Source: Selaginella moellendorffii (Eukaryota > Plantae > Lycopodiophyta). Taken from it: a stretch of 64,000 bases of DNA. A program made the position numbers and the translations under genes. This document shows, piece by piece, positions 1-13,699 of the stretch; position 1 is the stretch's first letter, and each line of letters starts with the position of its first letter. The stretch spans positions 409,904 through 473,903 of the forward strand of contig NW_003314310.1 in NCBI RefSeq assembly GCF_000143415.4, read 5' to 3'. The notes under the pieces are model-generated. The model ran no database searches, was not told the origin of the DNA, and saw nothing but the letters and a program-made list of their open reading frames with translations.

Positions 1-938
1 ATCACAAACCAACCCACGGCCAAATACTACATGGGAGCCAGTCCATACAGCTCCGCCGCGGGAGTGCCATTCCCGACGACGCCAACTCTAGCAATCGTCG
101 AGTACCAAGGCTCGTCGAACTCGACCCCGCCAGTAATGCCGACGTTCCCAGCGACCAACGACACTGGCCTCGTCGCAAACTTCTCGGCCAGCCTGAGGAG
201 CCTGGCGGACACGACTCATCCGGAGCCAGTCCCACAGACAGTGGACAGAAGCTTGCTCTTCACAATCGGCCTCGGGACAAAGCCGTGCGGTGAAAACCGG
301 GTGTGCCAGGGGATCGCTGGGACCAAGCTCACGGCCTCCATGAACAACATCTCCTTCGTCCTTCCCGACATCGCTCTCCTCCAGGCCTACTACAACAACA
401 TCTCCGGCGTCTTCACTCGCGACTTCCCGGACACACCGCCGATAGTTTTCAACTACACGGGGACTCCTCCGAACAACACCACCCCGCAGCGAGGGACCCG
501 ACTTCTCGTCATCCCATACAACGCAAACGTCCAGATGGTTTTCCAGGACACGAGCATCCTCGGCATCGAGAACCATCCCATTCACGTCCATGGATACAGT
601 TTCTACATTGTCGGGCAGGGAACTGGCAACTTCAACTCGAGCCAGACGAGTACTTTCAACCTGTTTGATCCTCCGCGACGGAACACTGTCGGAGTTCCAG
701 TTGGAGGGTGGGCTGCTATTAGATTCAAGGCTGACAATCCTGGTGAGCTTCTCTTCTTTCAGAGCTTTTTTTTTTTTGGTGGTTTTTATGTGACAACTGT
801 TTTTCAGGTGTTTGGTACATCCACTGCCATTTAGAGGTGCACACAATGTGGGGGTTGACGATGGCTTTTATTGTGCTTAACGGTGCTCGGGCTAACGAAA
901 CTTTGCCGCCTCCACCGCCAGATCTCCCGCGATGCTAG
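1..938 (+). CDS. LAC: Laccase (multicopper oxidase), 3' part; 5' end lies outside the window; intron 743-807
   Basis: Copper-binding motif HPIHVHG is present. After a GT-AG intron, the frame continues NPG|[16 protein letters not shown] and ends [11 protein letters not shown] (TAG 936-938), the typical plant laccase C-terminus. Confidence 0.95.
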
Positions 939-1049
939 TAAGATTTTTATAGATATGATTCTTTTGATCTTGGGCCAGCCAGCTCGAGATGATAATGTTT
1001 CTACAGGCAAGAAAAAGATGATCTTGAAAAAGAAAAGGAATTTTTCTCG

Positions 1050-2073
1050 TTAGTCTCTCTTGAGTGGGATGGGCTGGACGTTGTCAATCTTGTGAGGGAC
1101 GTTCTTAAACTTGGAGAGGATGAATCTGGGAGACGGAGGATTGGGGTGCATTCGATGGAAGCACGCGTGAGCGGACATAACTGTGGCGTTGTTGGTCTTT
1201 GGAGGAATGAAGCAGATCCTCGGTAGGTTGTATTTGTGCTGGTGGAACATTTGGAGTTTGATCCACTCGTCAGCATAGCCGTTCTTCATCACCTTACCCA
1301 TGTCCTCGTTCCTGTTAAAAGAGAGAACGAGAAAAAAAATCATTGTTTTCGGAAGATCAATCGAAAGAAGCATACTTTTCTCCTCTGCAACCATAGACGT
1401 GATAAGGATTTTTCTCCGAGGGGAGTGGAGGTGGGGTTCCCTGGAACAAATCAAGGGAATCTTAGACGAATTCTCTATCGTTTTCTCCTTTTATTTTTTT
1501 CTGGTTAGAACATACCACTCGTTGGCTCACTGGCAAGGGACAGTAGTGATTCTTCCGGAAGGGTCGAATTCCTGGAGCTTTCACGATGTGGCTGACAGTG
1601 GCACATCAACATCCAACCACAGAAACATGAGAAACAATGGAAATGAATAGAAAAGAGAGTGAAGAACACACGCAATGGTGGCGAGCCTATTCATCTGGAT
1701 CAAATCGGGGCCGTTGATAGCGTCTGGATCTGGGATATGTTCTCGGTGCGTCATCACTGCATCAAGCAAGCTCGCTTTTTTTTTGTTTTCGTTCGTAAAA
1801 AATATCTACCTTCTCTCACTCCCTCGGCCTCCAAATCGTTGCAAACGCCATAGATGTAGTTGGGCTCTGGAAGATCCTGAGTGGGCTTCTTCACCTGGGG
1901 ACGAGAGAGAGAGAGAGAGAGAGATCATAAAAAATGAAGCAAGAAAAGAGAGGGACACTCACCGCTCCAAGTCGAGGCTTGAGCAGCAGTGAATTTGTCT
2001 GGAAGGACTTGCGAACGGTGCCCATCCGCGGCACATTGTGCTCGTCATAGACGAAATTGGCAGGAGTGGGCAT
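1050..2073 (-). CDS. CFAP77: Cilia/flagella-associated protein 77-like (FAP77/CFAP77). Six exons: 2073-1963, 1894-1810, 1756-1672, 1591-1516, 1440-1376, 1311-1050; about 227 aa
   Basis: Manual splicing at GT-AG sites gives one continuous 684-nt frame: RMGTVRKSFQTNSLLLKPRLGAVKKPTQDLPEPNYIYG...EGVREV...GPDLIQMNRLA...PPLPSEKNPYHVYG...GYADEW...FKNVPHKID. This resembles the CFAP77 motif series as I recall it. Confidence 0.75.
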
Positions 2074-2378
2074 GGCGAGAAACAATCGGATTTGCAGCAA
2101 ATAGCGTGCAGCGCGATGATCGGTGCGTCACAGTGGAAAGAGCACCGATTCTCTCTTTCGTTCTTTGGCGCCAGAAATGCCCGCAACGGTGGTTTCTAGT
2201 CTGGGCGCGCCAAATCTGATGTGGCAGTATCTTTGATCGTTGACCGTTGACTATGTCTAAAACGTTAGTCCAAGTATTAGTGGAATGCGAACGAGTGAAC
2301 TTCTTTGAGAACTTTGTCATCAATTAAACTTAGTCATATCCTAGCTAGACCAAGGGAAAATTCAATATTCCATAGAGC

Positions 2379-2422
2379 ATTTGAACTCGAGACCTGAGTC
2401 TGCTCCCTTAGACCGCTCGGCC
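2379..2422 (-). pseudogene. Internally deleted tRNA-Leu pseudogene
   Basis: ATTTGAAC...TGAGTCTGCTCCCTTAGACCGCTCGGCC matches the intact tRNA at 3112-3195, but the variable arm and acceptor-stem parts are missing. Confidence 0.7.
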
Positions 2423-2603
2423 CTCGTCATACTTAGGTTGTTAAACTTCTCTACGAAATTGGAGTCTAGAAACTATTAGTTAATCTTGATCAACCACTTG
2501 GCAATGCATATGCATGCTGGAGCTTAAATCATAGTATATAAGCTCCAGCCATTCACAATCAGCAAGCATTGATTAAGCTCCAGCAATCACCACCACTACA
2601 ACA

Positions 2604-2954
2604 ATGAAGGCTGCTTTGTTGTTGCTTCTGGTGCTTGTTCTTGCTACTCTCCAGATAGCAGTGTCTTCTTCTTCTTTGGGTAGAAGGGAGCCTTTGTCTT
2701 TGGAAAATGGTGTTTCTGACTCATCAGCAGTAGAGCCAGCGTCCACTTCTCTACATCCTCCTGAGGTGGATGGTGATCATGATCATAAAGATGGAGGTTC
2801 TTCAGTCCATGGCTCTCACAAGCACAAGAGGAGCAACAACAACAATAACAACCACATCAACATTAATATCAACATTTGCAGGAAGAAATCTAAGGATGAT
2901 GAAGATTCAAAGCACAAGGACAAGGAAGAGGAGAACAAAAAGTTCGATCCTTAG
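2604..2954 (+). CDS. Small secreted protein / peptide precursor, 116 aa
   Basis: TATATAA at about 2535 and an ACAACAATG start context. Hydrophobic signal peptide MKAALLLLLVLVLATLQIAVSS, an acidic/Ser spacer, then an NNNHINININIC motif flanked by basic residues. A paralog lies at about 3309-3573. Confidence 0.7.
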   Translation: MKAALLLLLVLVLATLQIAVSSSSLGRREPLSLENGVSDSSAVEPASTSLHPPEVDGDHDHKDGGSSVHGSHKHKRSNNNNNNHINININICRKKSKDDEDSKHKDKEEENKKFDP

Positions 2955-3111
2955 AATACAAGATCCATCATTTGTAGATTAATAGAACCAATAAAGTCTC
3001 AAAATAAATTCTTGTCTCGAGCTATCAATTCAAAGTTTCCACAAGAGAGTTGAAAAATGAATAAAAGCAAATTCGAGAAAAAATTGATCTGTAAGGTTTA
3101 ATAGATGAATG

Positions 3112-3195
3112 TGTCAGAAGTGGGATTTGAACCCACGCCCTCACAAGAGGAGCAGAACTTGAGTCTGCCGCCTTAGACCGCTCGGCCATCCTGAC
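3112..3195 (-). tRNA. trnL-CAA: tRNA-Leu (CAA), 84 nt, long variable arm
   Basis: GTCAGGATGGCCGAGCGGTCTAAGGCGGCAGACTCAAGTTCTGC...GTGGGTTCAAATCCCACTTCTGACA folds into a full cloverleaf with A- and B-boxes and anticodon CAA. Confidence 0.95.
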
Positions 3196-3308
3196 CTTTC
3201 ATGAGTTTCATGTTAAATTAAAATCTATGATTGCATGGGGTTTTAGGACTTGATTTTCCCAGAGCTCTGGCCATATAAGGCCTCCAAGCTCTAACCAGTA
3301 TTCAACAC

Positions 3309-3573
3309 ACATTGATTCAGCTCCATCCGTCACTATTTGTGTTTCTAGTGCTTGCATTTGCCCCTTCTTCTTCTTCGAGTAGAAGGGAGCTTTTCTCTTT
3401 GGATAATAGTGTTGATGGTGTTGATGTTCCAGAGGTACTAGAACCAGCGTCCACTTCTCTAATGCCTTCTCCAGAGATGGATGATCGTGAAGATGAAGTC
3501 CGTAGGTGAGGCAAGCACAGGATGAACAGCAACAACAACATCAATATCAACATTTGCAAGAGGGATTCTATAG
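3309..3573 (+). pseudogene. Degenerate paralog of the 2604-2954 secreted peptide gene
   Basis: Shares the 5'UTR (ATTGATT.AGCTCCA), RRE.(F/L)SL.N, EPASTSL and NNNINIC segments with the intact copy. The ATG-containing stretch is deleted, and a TGA at 3507-3509 precedes the conserved C-terminal motif. Confidence 0.65.
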
Positions 3574-3757
3574 ATCTTGACGCAAGAAAATCCGGCTCGC
3601 ATTTGCTGCTCCGGAGCTCTGCTACGTACCACCGCCATTGCCGAGGAGCTGGATCTGCAAATCCCCACTCTGACAGAGTTGAATCACAACACTGAAAATA
3701 AGATAGTTCTTCGTTCTCATCACCCTCTGGATTGAGCTTTTAGTCAACTTAACACAT

Positions 3758-6596
3758 TCAAAGGCCCGGATACTTCATTTGGAGCGAGGCACGAACGTAT
3801 TCTCTAGCATCTTTGACATCTTTGAGAGGATCCTCTTCCTTCCTCCCGGAATTGTGGAGCTGCGCGTAGCCTCCACCGCAGTAGCCACTCACTATATCCA
3901 TCTCTGGAACGTCCTCCTCTACCTGTCCTTGTTCCTCATCAGGCCTCGCCATCAGCGTCTCTACGCCATCCAGTAGCTTCCTCCACAAGATCTGGTCGCC
4001 CACAAGCACTTGCGACTCGCACAAAAGCCTCGCCGACGCCACAGCACAGAGCTTAGTCTCGATTCTCCCCGAGATGTAGCTCAGAGCCGGGATCCACAGC
4101 TGCTCGAGCACGTTGGTGAAGAGCCCCGGCTGCAACCTGTTGATGGAGTCGACCAGCCCTCCGGGACCGTGCTTGACGGTGAAGAGCGCCATGAAGAGCG
4201 TCAGGAGCTTGAGGAACTTGACAGTGCGCTGGCCTCCCATGGCTCGGGAGAAGAAGGACGTCCAAAGGCTCCGATCAATTGCCGGCATCAGCTGCTCCTG
4301 CCCGAGGCTCTCCACCACCGCATTGGCGATGTAGAAGGCATAGTCCTCAGTGCTCCTCCGCAACACTAGTGCATGGACAAGGTTGCAAACTTCCTGGAGC
4401 TGGTTTGCCTGTGCTATCTCCCTCGGTGCCTTGAGCAAGAAGGCCTCGAGGAGCCGGATCATGGCAGGGGTGCTCCCCGACGACTGCTGCGAGAGCTGGG
4501 CGAGAAGCATCGGGAAGAGCTGGAGATACACTCCGGGGATGGGCTGGGCTCTTGACTCAACCAGCTGCGCGAGTACCTGGAAGACGTATGGCTGGAACTC
4601 CGCGACGTTGTTTTGGAGGATGGATTGGAACACCGGGAAGAGCCGCTCCTCAAAGGCCATAACGACGTCTAGATCGCGGTGGTGGCAGGCCTTTCTCACG
4701 AGCACGGACACCGACTCGAAGACGTAATGGTTGAACGCTGGATTGGCCGGGTTGTCTCGAGCTCGGATGACGATCTCCATCAGTCCATCCAGGTGGCGCA
4801 TACCTGCTTGATCTTCCGCCAAGGATAGAACTCTCATGATGCACTTCATCACGTAAGGATTGTCCTGCGAGCCCAGACGCTGCAATCCACTGAGCGAGTT
4901 TGCCAGGAGCTGGTCCTGGAAGGGAGCCAAGTCTGCCGAGGAGAAGCGTGGCGCTCCTCCGTCTCTCACCAGCAGCAACCTGTCCACGCACCATGCGGCA
5001 TACGAGCAAACGACCACGGAGTCACTGAGCAAGAGCTTGATGATCTGCGGCATCAGTCCCAACGCCACAGCTTTGGAGGCGGCACTTCTAAAGCTTGTGA
5101 CGAACTTGAGCGCACTGGCCTGGAGGAGGAGCTCGTTTCCTTGGAGTGCCGGGATGATCTGCGACGCAAGGAACTGCTCCACGTTGACGAGATCGGTGGT
5201 AGCTCCAACTGTGAAGCTCGACTGCCTCTGTGCCAAGGCAACGATCAAGTAGATAGCGGTGTCCTTGTCTTTCGAGCCCGAGCTTACACTACACAAGCGT
5301 TGCAGCAACTCGGCCATCAAACTTTTAACTGGCTCCCTGTAGTGTAGCATGAGCCCTTTGATGAGCTCGGAAGACACACGTCTTCTCGTGTCCATGTCGC
5401 TCCCCTCGATATCTTTTTGAATGTATTCCCAAGGATTGTCTCTAAAGAGCGCCTCGTCTTCCTCGCGAACTGCAAAAGAAGGCTGATTTGTAAGAAAAGA
5501 TTCCTACGTAAAGATGGATCAAAGAAAACTTACTTCGAACATTTGGGATGACAATGCGTTCGCAGATCTGTCTCAGAGTATCAGCCCCGCTGAAGAGCCC
5601 ATGATGCACGCTCTTGCTCACCGTTGTCAAAAACTTCACGGCGGCCATAGCCAGTTGGTCTTGTGCTGGTTGCAAAGACGTGGACATCAGTAAGCTCCCG
5701 ACGCTTGTTGCCAACCCCGGAAGGAAGTCTCGAAACTCCTCCTCGTTCTTCTCCATGTAGAGGTTGATGTTGTCACACACGGCCGTCTTGACTTGATCCA
5801 CGATGCCAGTCTCGCATGATGTGAGAGCTGGATTTGCATACGAGAGATAGTACTCAAACTCGCCCATCCATTCCTTGATGTGGTCCTCGAAAAACTCTGG
5901 AAGCTCTTGCGAGTTGAGCGAGTAGAAGATCTGGCAGCACTGTTTCTGGCACTCAAGCAGCGTCTCGAGAGTAGCTGCATCCACGGGTGTAGTAGCCTTT
6001 ATCACAGCCCCGATCTTCGTAAAAACTTCCAGCAGTGGCGCTGCGAATCCATCCAAGCAGTACTTGAGATCCGAATACAGCTCCGGGCTCTTGGACTCAT
6101 GCCCAAACTTCTGGAAGATAGAGTTGACAGCCCGCAAGATCGCGTGGATGGAAGCATAGGTTGTGGATGATGACAATCTCATGACGAGTTCCGGCAGCAA
6201 CCCTTTCCAGTTGTTTGGGAAATCATAGCTACTGATAATTGCCACAGCTTGACGTAGGAAGCTCTGGATTCTCGGCGGTGAGGCCAGCATCAACCTCACC
6301 ACCAAGCTCTTGATCTGCTCCTTCTCACTATCTTGGATCGCCAGCGTGATCTCGTCGCTAGGATTCCATCGAGTCTTGACATGGTTCTTGAAACTGGAAG
6401 CCAATGCTTGGCAGTACGTATCGTCCTGCGTGATCGCTGTTGCCTCGCCCAGAAGCTGGAGGAGGGCGATGCCATAGCCGGGCTGATTCGACGCGTTGCT
6501 GATGTAGAACTCTGCCTCTAGATCGGGCCCAAGAGATGGAGAGGAGATGCGCACGAATGCCTGAGAGAGAGCCACCATCGTTCGTAAAGGTTTCAT
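3758..6596 (-). CDS. CSE1: Exportin-2 / CSE1 (CAS, importin-alpha re-exporter). Exons 6596-5534 and 5469-3758; about 924 aa
   Basis: Motifs FKNHVKTRW, DFPNNWKGLLPEL, FYSLNSQELPEFFED, EYIQKDIEGSDMDTRRR, NPAFNHYVFES and EFQPYVFQVLAQLVE. A 64-nt GT-AG intron joins the two ORFs in frame. Confidence 0.93.
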
Positions 6597-6918
6597 AGTA
6601 GGGTTTCCAAGGCCTTTTATAGTATAGTCCAAGGAGAAGAAACCTCCAAGGTTTAAGGTTTAGATGATTCTGATTTCTCGTACAGTCTTTCATCAACGCT
6701 TTTTACATTCTTCTGTCAACTTCAGTAGTCACATCTTAGGTTGGTGTGCTTACAGTTTATCAGCACTTAACAGCTTATCAACCAATTATGTCAAGCAATT
6801 ACAGTTGCGAATGGCGGAACTAATGTCGATGTGCATGAGAATAAAAGAAAAAAGAAACAAATGTGTACTTGCTGCTTTTGTTTGGCTTGTTTCCAAGTCA
6901 GAAAAGCAACAGGGGGAT

Positions 6919-8091
6919 CTAAGAATCTCTCACAGCGCTGCCGGCACTCTTCTTCTTCTTCCTGTTGATGAACTCCTTGAGCAGCCGGCTGACGTGAGTG
7001 AGATTTGCGCGAGGCTCCCATGTCGATTCCTGCACACTGTATCCCTTCCACTTCACCAGATACTCACGACCCCTCCGCCCACCACACGCAAGTCGATCCT
7101 CCAGGATCGACTCCACCTCCCACTCGGGCTCCCCGTCCACGACCACCATCGTCCCATCCTCGGGCGTCTCCTCCTCCTCTTTGAGCATCTTTTGCTTTCC
7201 TGCATCGTCTCTGCTGCTTCTTCCGGCTCCCGCTTGATCTGCTGGAGCCCCGCTGCTGTTGTGGCCAGTGCCTCTCTTCCCTTCTTCTTCTCCTTCGTCG
7301 GCTCCTCTCCGGGACGGATCAGTCGAGCACTGCGCCTCCTCTGCTTTGAGAGCTTGGTTTACCGCTTGGCCAACTTCTTGTTTGATCTTGTCTTGGCTCT
7401 GCGTCGGGTTGTCACGGCACACTGCTGTTCGCTCGACCTTTCGCAGTCGCTTGAGCCGCCGCTGGGACGCTCTCGATCCGTCCAGCTCGGACGAAACTTG
7501 CTGCTCACTGCCATCCTCGCGGCTTACGCTTGTTTGAATCCCTCGAGGTCTTTCTTCTCCTTCTTCGTCTCTCGCAGCAGCATCCGGAGTTGGAGCCGCA
7601 AGCGTTGGGCTCTGGTACTTCTTCCGGAGTTTCCTGGTTTTTGGCCGCGAATCCTGGCTTCTCTCGACTGTCCCCGCGGAAACCTGCCGATCAAGCTCCG
7701 AGGAAACCTGCTTCGAGTGTTCGTGTTCGTCCCTCGGAATTCCCACATTGTCCCCGATGACAAGCAGCGTCTTCTCCTTCTTGTTCTTCGTTCCCTGGAT
7801 TGGAGCCGCCTGCTTTCCACCACCGAGAGAAGCCGAATTCACTACCCCGCTCGAGGGTGTCGTCTCTCGGCTCGGACCTCTCCCACTGCTAAACCGGATC
7901 AAGCTACTCAACCTGAAAACACCCTCGACACCCATGGAGCCCGGCACCTGGATCCGAAAACTTGCCTCGGACAAGCACTCCTGGATCTTATACGGCCCAA
8001 CGAACTTGGGAGGCTGGATTGTGGCATCAATCTCCTCGGTACTCAGCAGCACAAGATCACCCACGCAAAAAGGCTCTGGCATCGTCGCCAT
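6919..8091 (-). CDS. Stand-alone chromodomain protein: integrase C-terminal SH3-like (GPY) module, about 250-aa charged linker, then chromodomain
   Basis: N-terminal FCVGDLVLL...KFVGPYKI...FRIQVP...VF is the Ty3/Gypsy integrase CTD pattern. C-terminal EWEVESIL...EYLVKWKGY...STWEP..NL is a chromodomain. The ORF is intact (390 aa), with no LTR, RT or integrase core nearby. Confidence 0.75.
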   Translation of the reverse strand: MATMPEPFCVGDLVLLSTEEIDATIQPPKFVGPYKIQECLSEASFRIQVPGSMGVEGVFRLSSLIRFSSGRGPSRETTPSSGVVNSASLGGGKQAAPIQGTKNKKEKTLLVIGDNVGIPRDEHEHSKQVSSELDRQVSAGTVERSQDSRPKTRKLRKKYQSPTLAAPTPDAAARDEEGEERPRGIQTSVSREDGSEQQVSSELDGSRASQRRLKRLRKVERTAVCRDNPTQSQDKIKQEVGQAVNQALKAEEAQCSTDPSRRGADEGEEEGKRGTGHNSSGAPADQAGAGRSSRDDAGKQKMLKEEEETPEDGTMVVVDGEPEWEVESILEDRLACGGRRGREYLVKWKGYSVQESTWEPRANLTHVSRLLKEFINRKKKKSAGSAVRDS

Positions 8092-8181
8092 CGCTGCTAG
8101 TTACCCAAGAGAAGGCCTTGTCATCTGTGGAAGAAACAATCCCGAGCTTTAGGGTTAGAGCGAGAGAAATCGTTTTTACTC

Positions 8182-9412
8182 TTATTTTGGGTCGAGATGG
8201 CCACCGCGCTTGAAACCTTCCACCACGTCATCGAACATTTCCTCCAGTCCTTTGAGCTTCATGCCGAGAAAGTTGACAAGCTTGTCGTTGCACAAGCCTT
8301 TGTACGGTTTCTTCGAGGCCGGAAATCTGGAAGAACGAGTCAAGGGAAAGAAAAGAGAAGTTTTGCATGGCTTACGTTGGTATCTTGTAGTCGGGGTACC
8401 TCTCGGCCAGAAACTCGGTGAGCTCCGTGTTTGTAGCATCCACTGCCGAGCAGATGTAGCGTCCGTTTGCTGCTGGGTTTTCGAAAGCGCGGATGTGAGC
8501 GGTGGCAACGTCGTCCAAGTGCACGTAGCCAATGAACTTGAAGTTCTCGAAGCGCTTGTCGTTACCTGGATCGAGCTTGAGCGGGATGAAAAAGAAAGAA
8601 ACGTTTTTGCTCGTACCTTGGAAAAGAGAAAGGCAATCGGCTGCGCTGGCCGTCGGTACTGGTGGCAGCGTGTATCCCACGATAAGGCTCGGGATGATTG
8701 TAACGAGGTCGAGATTGTTGGACTTCGCAAACTCCCAGGCGGCTTGCTCGGCGAGAGTTTTTGATAGCGGGTACCAGAACTACAAAAAAAGATGGAGAAT
8801 TAATATGTAAGTAGACTTGTAGCAACCTTGTTCTCGCGGCACAGCTCCGAGGAGCTCCAAATAGACTCGTCCAGAAACGCATCCTGGGGGAAGGAAGCGG
8901 CGAAGCGCACTGCTGACGTCGACGACGTATACACGACACGCTTGACAGTCGATGGCTTCTTGCAGGCTCGCAGAACGTTTAAAGTTCCCAGCACAGCCGG
9001 ATCAACAATCTCGGCCTGAAGAAGGAGAACAGCGTTCTCAGAGAACGTAAGGAAGAAGCGGTGCTTACTTGCGGATCTTTGGCAGTCATGGTGACAGCAC
9101 TAGCAGAGTGGAAAACCCCTTCACAGCCGTCAACAATGGAGTCGAAGACGCCCTCTGAGAGAAGGTCTGCTTTGAAGAGCGTGAGCCTCTCCTGTGCACC
9201 ACTGAGCTTCCAGAGATGCGACGTTTTGTTCGGATCATCTGCACGAAGGCGATAGAACCTTAAAAGTTCGTCCATAGAAACGAATAAAATGAGAACTCAA
9301 ACTCACCTGGATCCCTCACGGTGCCTCGGACATAATACCCCTCTTCCAGCAGCCTTTTCACCAGCCATGATCCCAAGAAGCCCGATGCGCCAGTGACACA
9401 CACCGTCGCCAT
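8182..9412 (-). CDS. TKPR1: Tetraketide alpha-pyrone reductase 1-like (DFR/CCR-family NADPH reductase), 6 exons
   Basis: [22 protein letters not shown] Rossmann motif, [19 protein letters not shown], catalytic [23 protein letters not shown] and LEEMFDD. The family call is firm; the subfamily call rests on recalled similarity. Confidence 0.8.
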
Positions 9413-9641
9413 AGCTGAAACCCAACAAAATAAAACTGTTTGCTTTGTACTCGTTCGTATTCGTGACTCTGACCGAGAAGAAAACGTTAAGCCCGCCCCT
9501 GCGTTATGCCATAGTCGACAATCAAGAGCACTTAAATTTCGGATCCTTACCTCGCGGTTGCTCGAGCCGTTATTACTCTATAAAACTCCATCACTCGTCA
9601 TGGCAATCCAAGTTTCGACATTTACAAATTACAAAAACAAG

Positions 9642-11555
9642 TTACATCGATTCTGAAGTACCAGACCGCACTAGCTTCTGCTTTTGCAACTCGGCATTAG
9701 ACAGGCGTTCAGCCTCCAATGCAAGCTCAAGCTGGTGTGCAGCAAAACACAAAAGACCATTTTAATAGAGAGCGGAAAGAGCATCACTAGCTACCTTTGC
9801 TGTTCTTGCGCTCCACTCGTCCAGCATAGCCCGGAGCCTTTCGTTCTCTTCGACGTACTGCACAACAAGATATCACACCAGCAGCCTCAGTTTTTGTTTG
9901 TTCAATCGCATCTACCTTGTCGTTCAAAGTCTTCACTCGTTGGATATCGGAGTCCTTCTCGGCAATAAAACTTCTCGCCATCCGTATCTCACCTTGCAAT
10001 TGATCTCTCTACAGTTTCAACCGTCAAAGTCGCCAACAGTAAGTTAGAAAAACGTTCACGTACCTCAGCTGTTACTGCACGTAGTTCTTGCTCACGTGCT
10101 CCAAGCAAATGTGCCACATCGACCTGAGCCAATATGAAGTTGTTCACGTGAGAAATAGATATCATACCTGGGGCGTGGTGCCATCTTCTTGTGAGCATTC
10201 ATATTTACTCAACATCTCTTGCAATCGCAGAACCTGGACGGGGCAAAATGTCGATACGGTCAACGGCTGACATGAAGTGCAAACCTCTTCACTCAAAAAG
10301 CACAGGTTTTCTTGCTGATAACGCAGGAGCGTTGCCTGCTGATCGGTTAAGCTTCCACCATCAATGTACCTGGAACATCACATACAAAGCTAAGTGAACA
10401 CGCTTCGCAAACCAGATAAAGAACCTCAAATCACCCAGTGAGGTAGGCGCCTGAAGAGCGGAATAGAGCAAGTGCATTGCATCTGGTTGAATGTCTGAAA
10501 TGTGGTGGGTTCGAACAGCCCCTGGAGAAAAGAAAGAAGGTCAACTGCAAGTATCACATCACGGAAGAACTGTACTCACATATGTATAATCCCATCAATG
10601 CCGCAGCCCAAAGAATTTCCATCAGTAGAATGAACCTGGCAGCGTGTGTCAAGCACAGGTAAGAACTTATAACTCCCACCTGATCAACAAGAACGAAGAA
10701 ATCCTTGCGTTCATCAGGAACGGCTGCCAAGACAGCACCAAAAGAAGAACCATGTTTCCTGCCAAGGAAAAAGAAAAAGAAAACAATAAAGGAAGAAAAA
10801 AAGAAGAAGAAAACTTACCGATCGCTATAACGATGCAAGGCAGCTGAATCAAAGCCTCCAGTCTTTCACTGAAATCGAGAAACCCCTTCAATAAAAATTT
10901 ACCAACAGTTTGACAGGCGACAAGTTTGCCTTGAACAAGTACCTGCCGACGTTCCTTCTTCACTTGAGCGGCCAAATGGCGCTGGAGCAAGCCTGACACG
11001 AAAGAATCAAAGAAATATTGTAATAGAAAAAAATCAAAAGAATCAAGATGAACAGCACGAGAAAGAATCATGACGAACAGCACGAAAAATTACGACAATA
11101 TCGCGTAAGAAAAACGCACAAATACACACACACACACACACACACCTGTGAAGAGATACATCACAACATTGGCGCTGCAAAGCATCGGAGTAAGGTACGC
11201 ATAGTCTAATCCCAGAAACGAAGAGCTGATCACGAGACCCGCAAAGCCCGCCTGGAATAAGATCGCTACAAGTAACCATCCAAAGAAACCATGAAAAACA
11301 ATGGAATTTTCCAGGTACCAGCAAGACGCAGTAGAGGATCGCAGCCACTCTATCAGCGCGCTGCCGATGAGTTCTCGCCGGCGGCTCCAATGCCGCCTCG
11401 ACAAAACTAGCGCACCCACATCGAGATCACTTAGCTCAGCTGAGAAAGAATGAGTGAACTCGGGCTTACTGATCGCCATTTGCGAGAGGATCTCTGAGTG
11501 ACGAGTCCTCTTCCGGTGGAAGAGCTCCGCTGCTCCATCGCACTATGTAATCCAT
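9642..11555 (-). CDS. FIP1: FRIGIDA-interacting protein 1-like (TMEM192 family): N-terminal transmembrane helices and C-terminal coiled coil; multi-exon
   Basis: Exon peptides LTPMLCSANVVMYLFTG, LIQLPC, LTDQQATLLRYQQENLCFLSEE, DGTTPQ|VDVAHLLGAREQELR and YVEENERLRAMLDEWSAR match plant FIP1. The start codon is tentative. Confidence 0.82.
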
Positions 11556-11634
11556 CGCGCGGCAACCCTAAATTCTCCCTGTCCCTCTTCCTCGGAGATA
11601 ATGCCACCTAAAACAATAGAGCTTTGGTTTTAGC

Positions 11635-13562
<1,928 letters not shown>

Positions 13563-13699
13563 CGCCCTCGCGCCACCGCCCGCAAGGAAGAGAATAAAAC
13601 TTTATAAACCCTAAGGAGGGGTTTCTGGCGAATCCGAGTTAAAACTGGACAAAAGGACTCCAGGGTTATGGTTAACAAGTTAAAAGTCTCAAAGATTTA

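Noticed and set aside
3652-3676. CAAATCCCCACTCTGACA, resembling the tRNA-Leu 3' end
   Set aside because: Too short and lacking the rest of the tRNA; it may be chance.
6664-8100. 478-aa plus-strand ORF
   Set aside because: It is the antisense shadow of the chromodomain gene and has no motif of its own.
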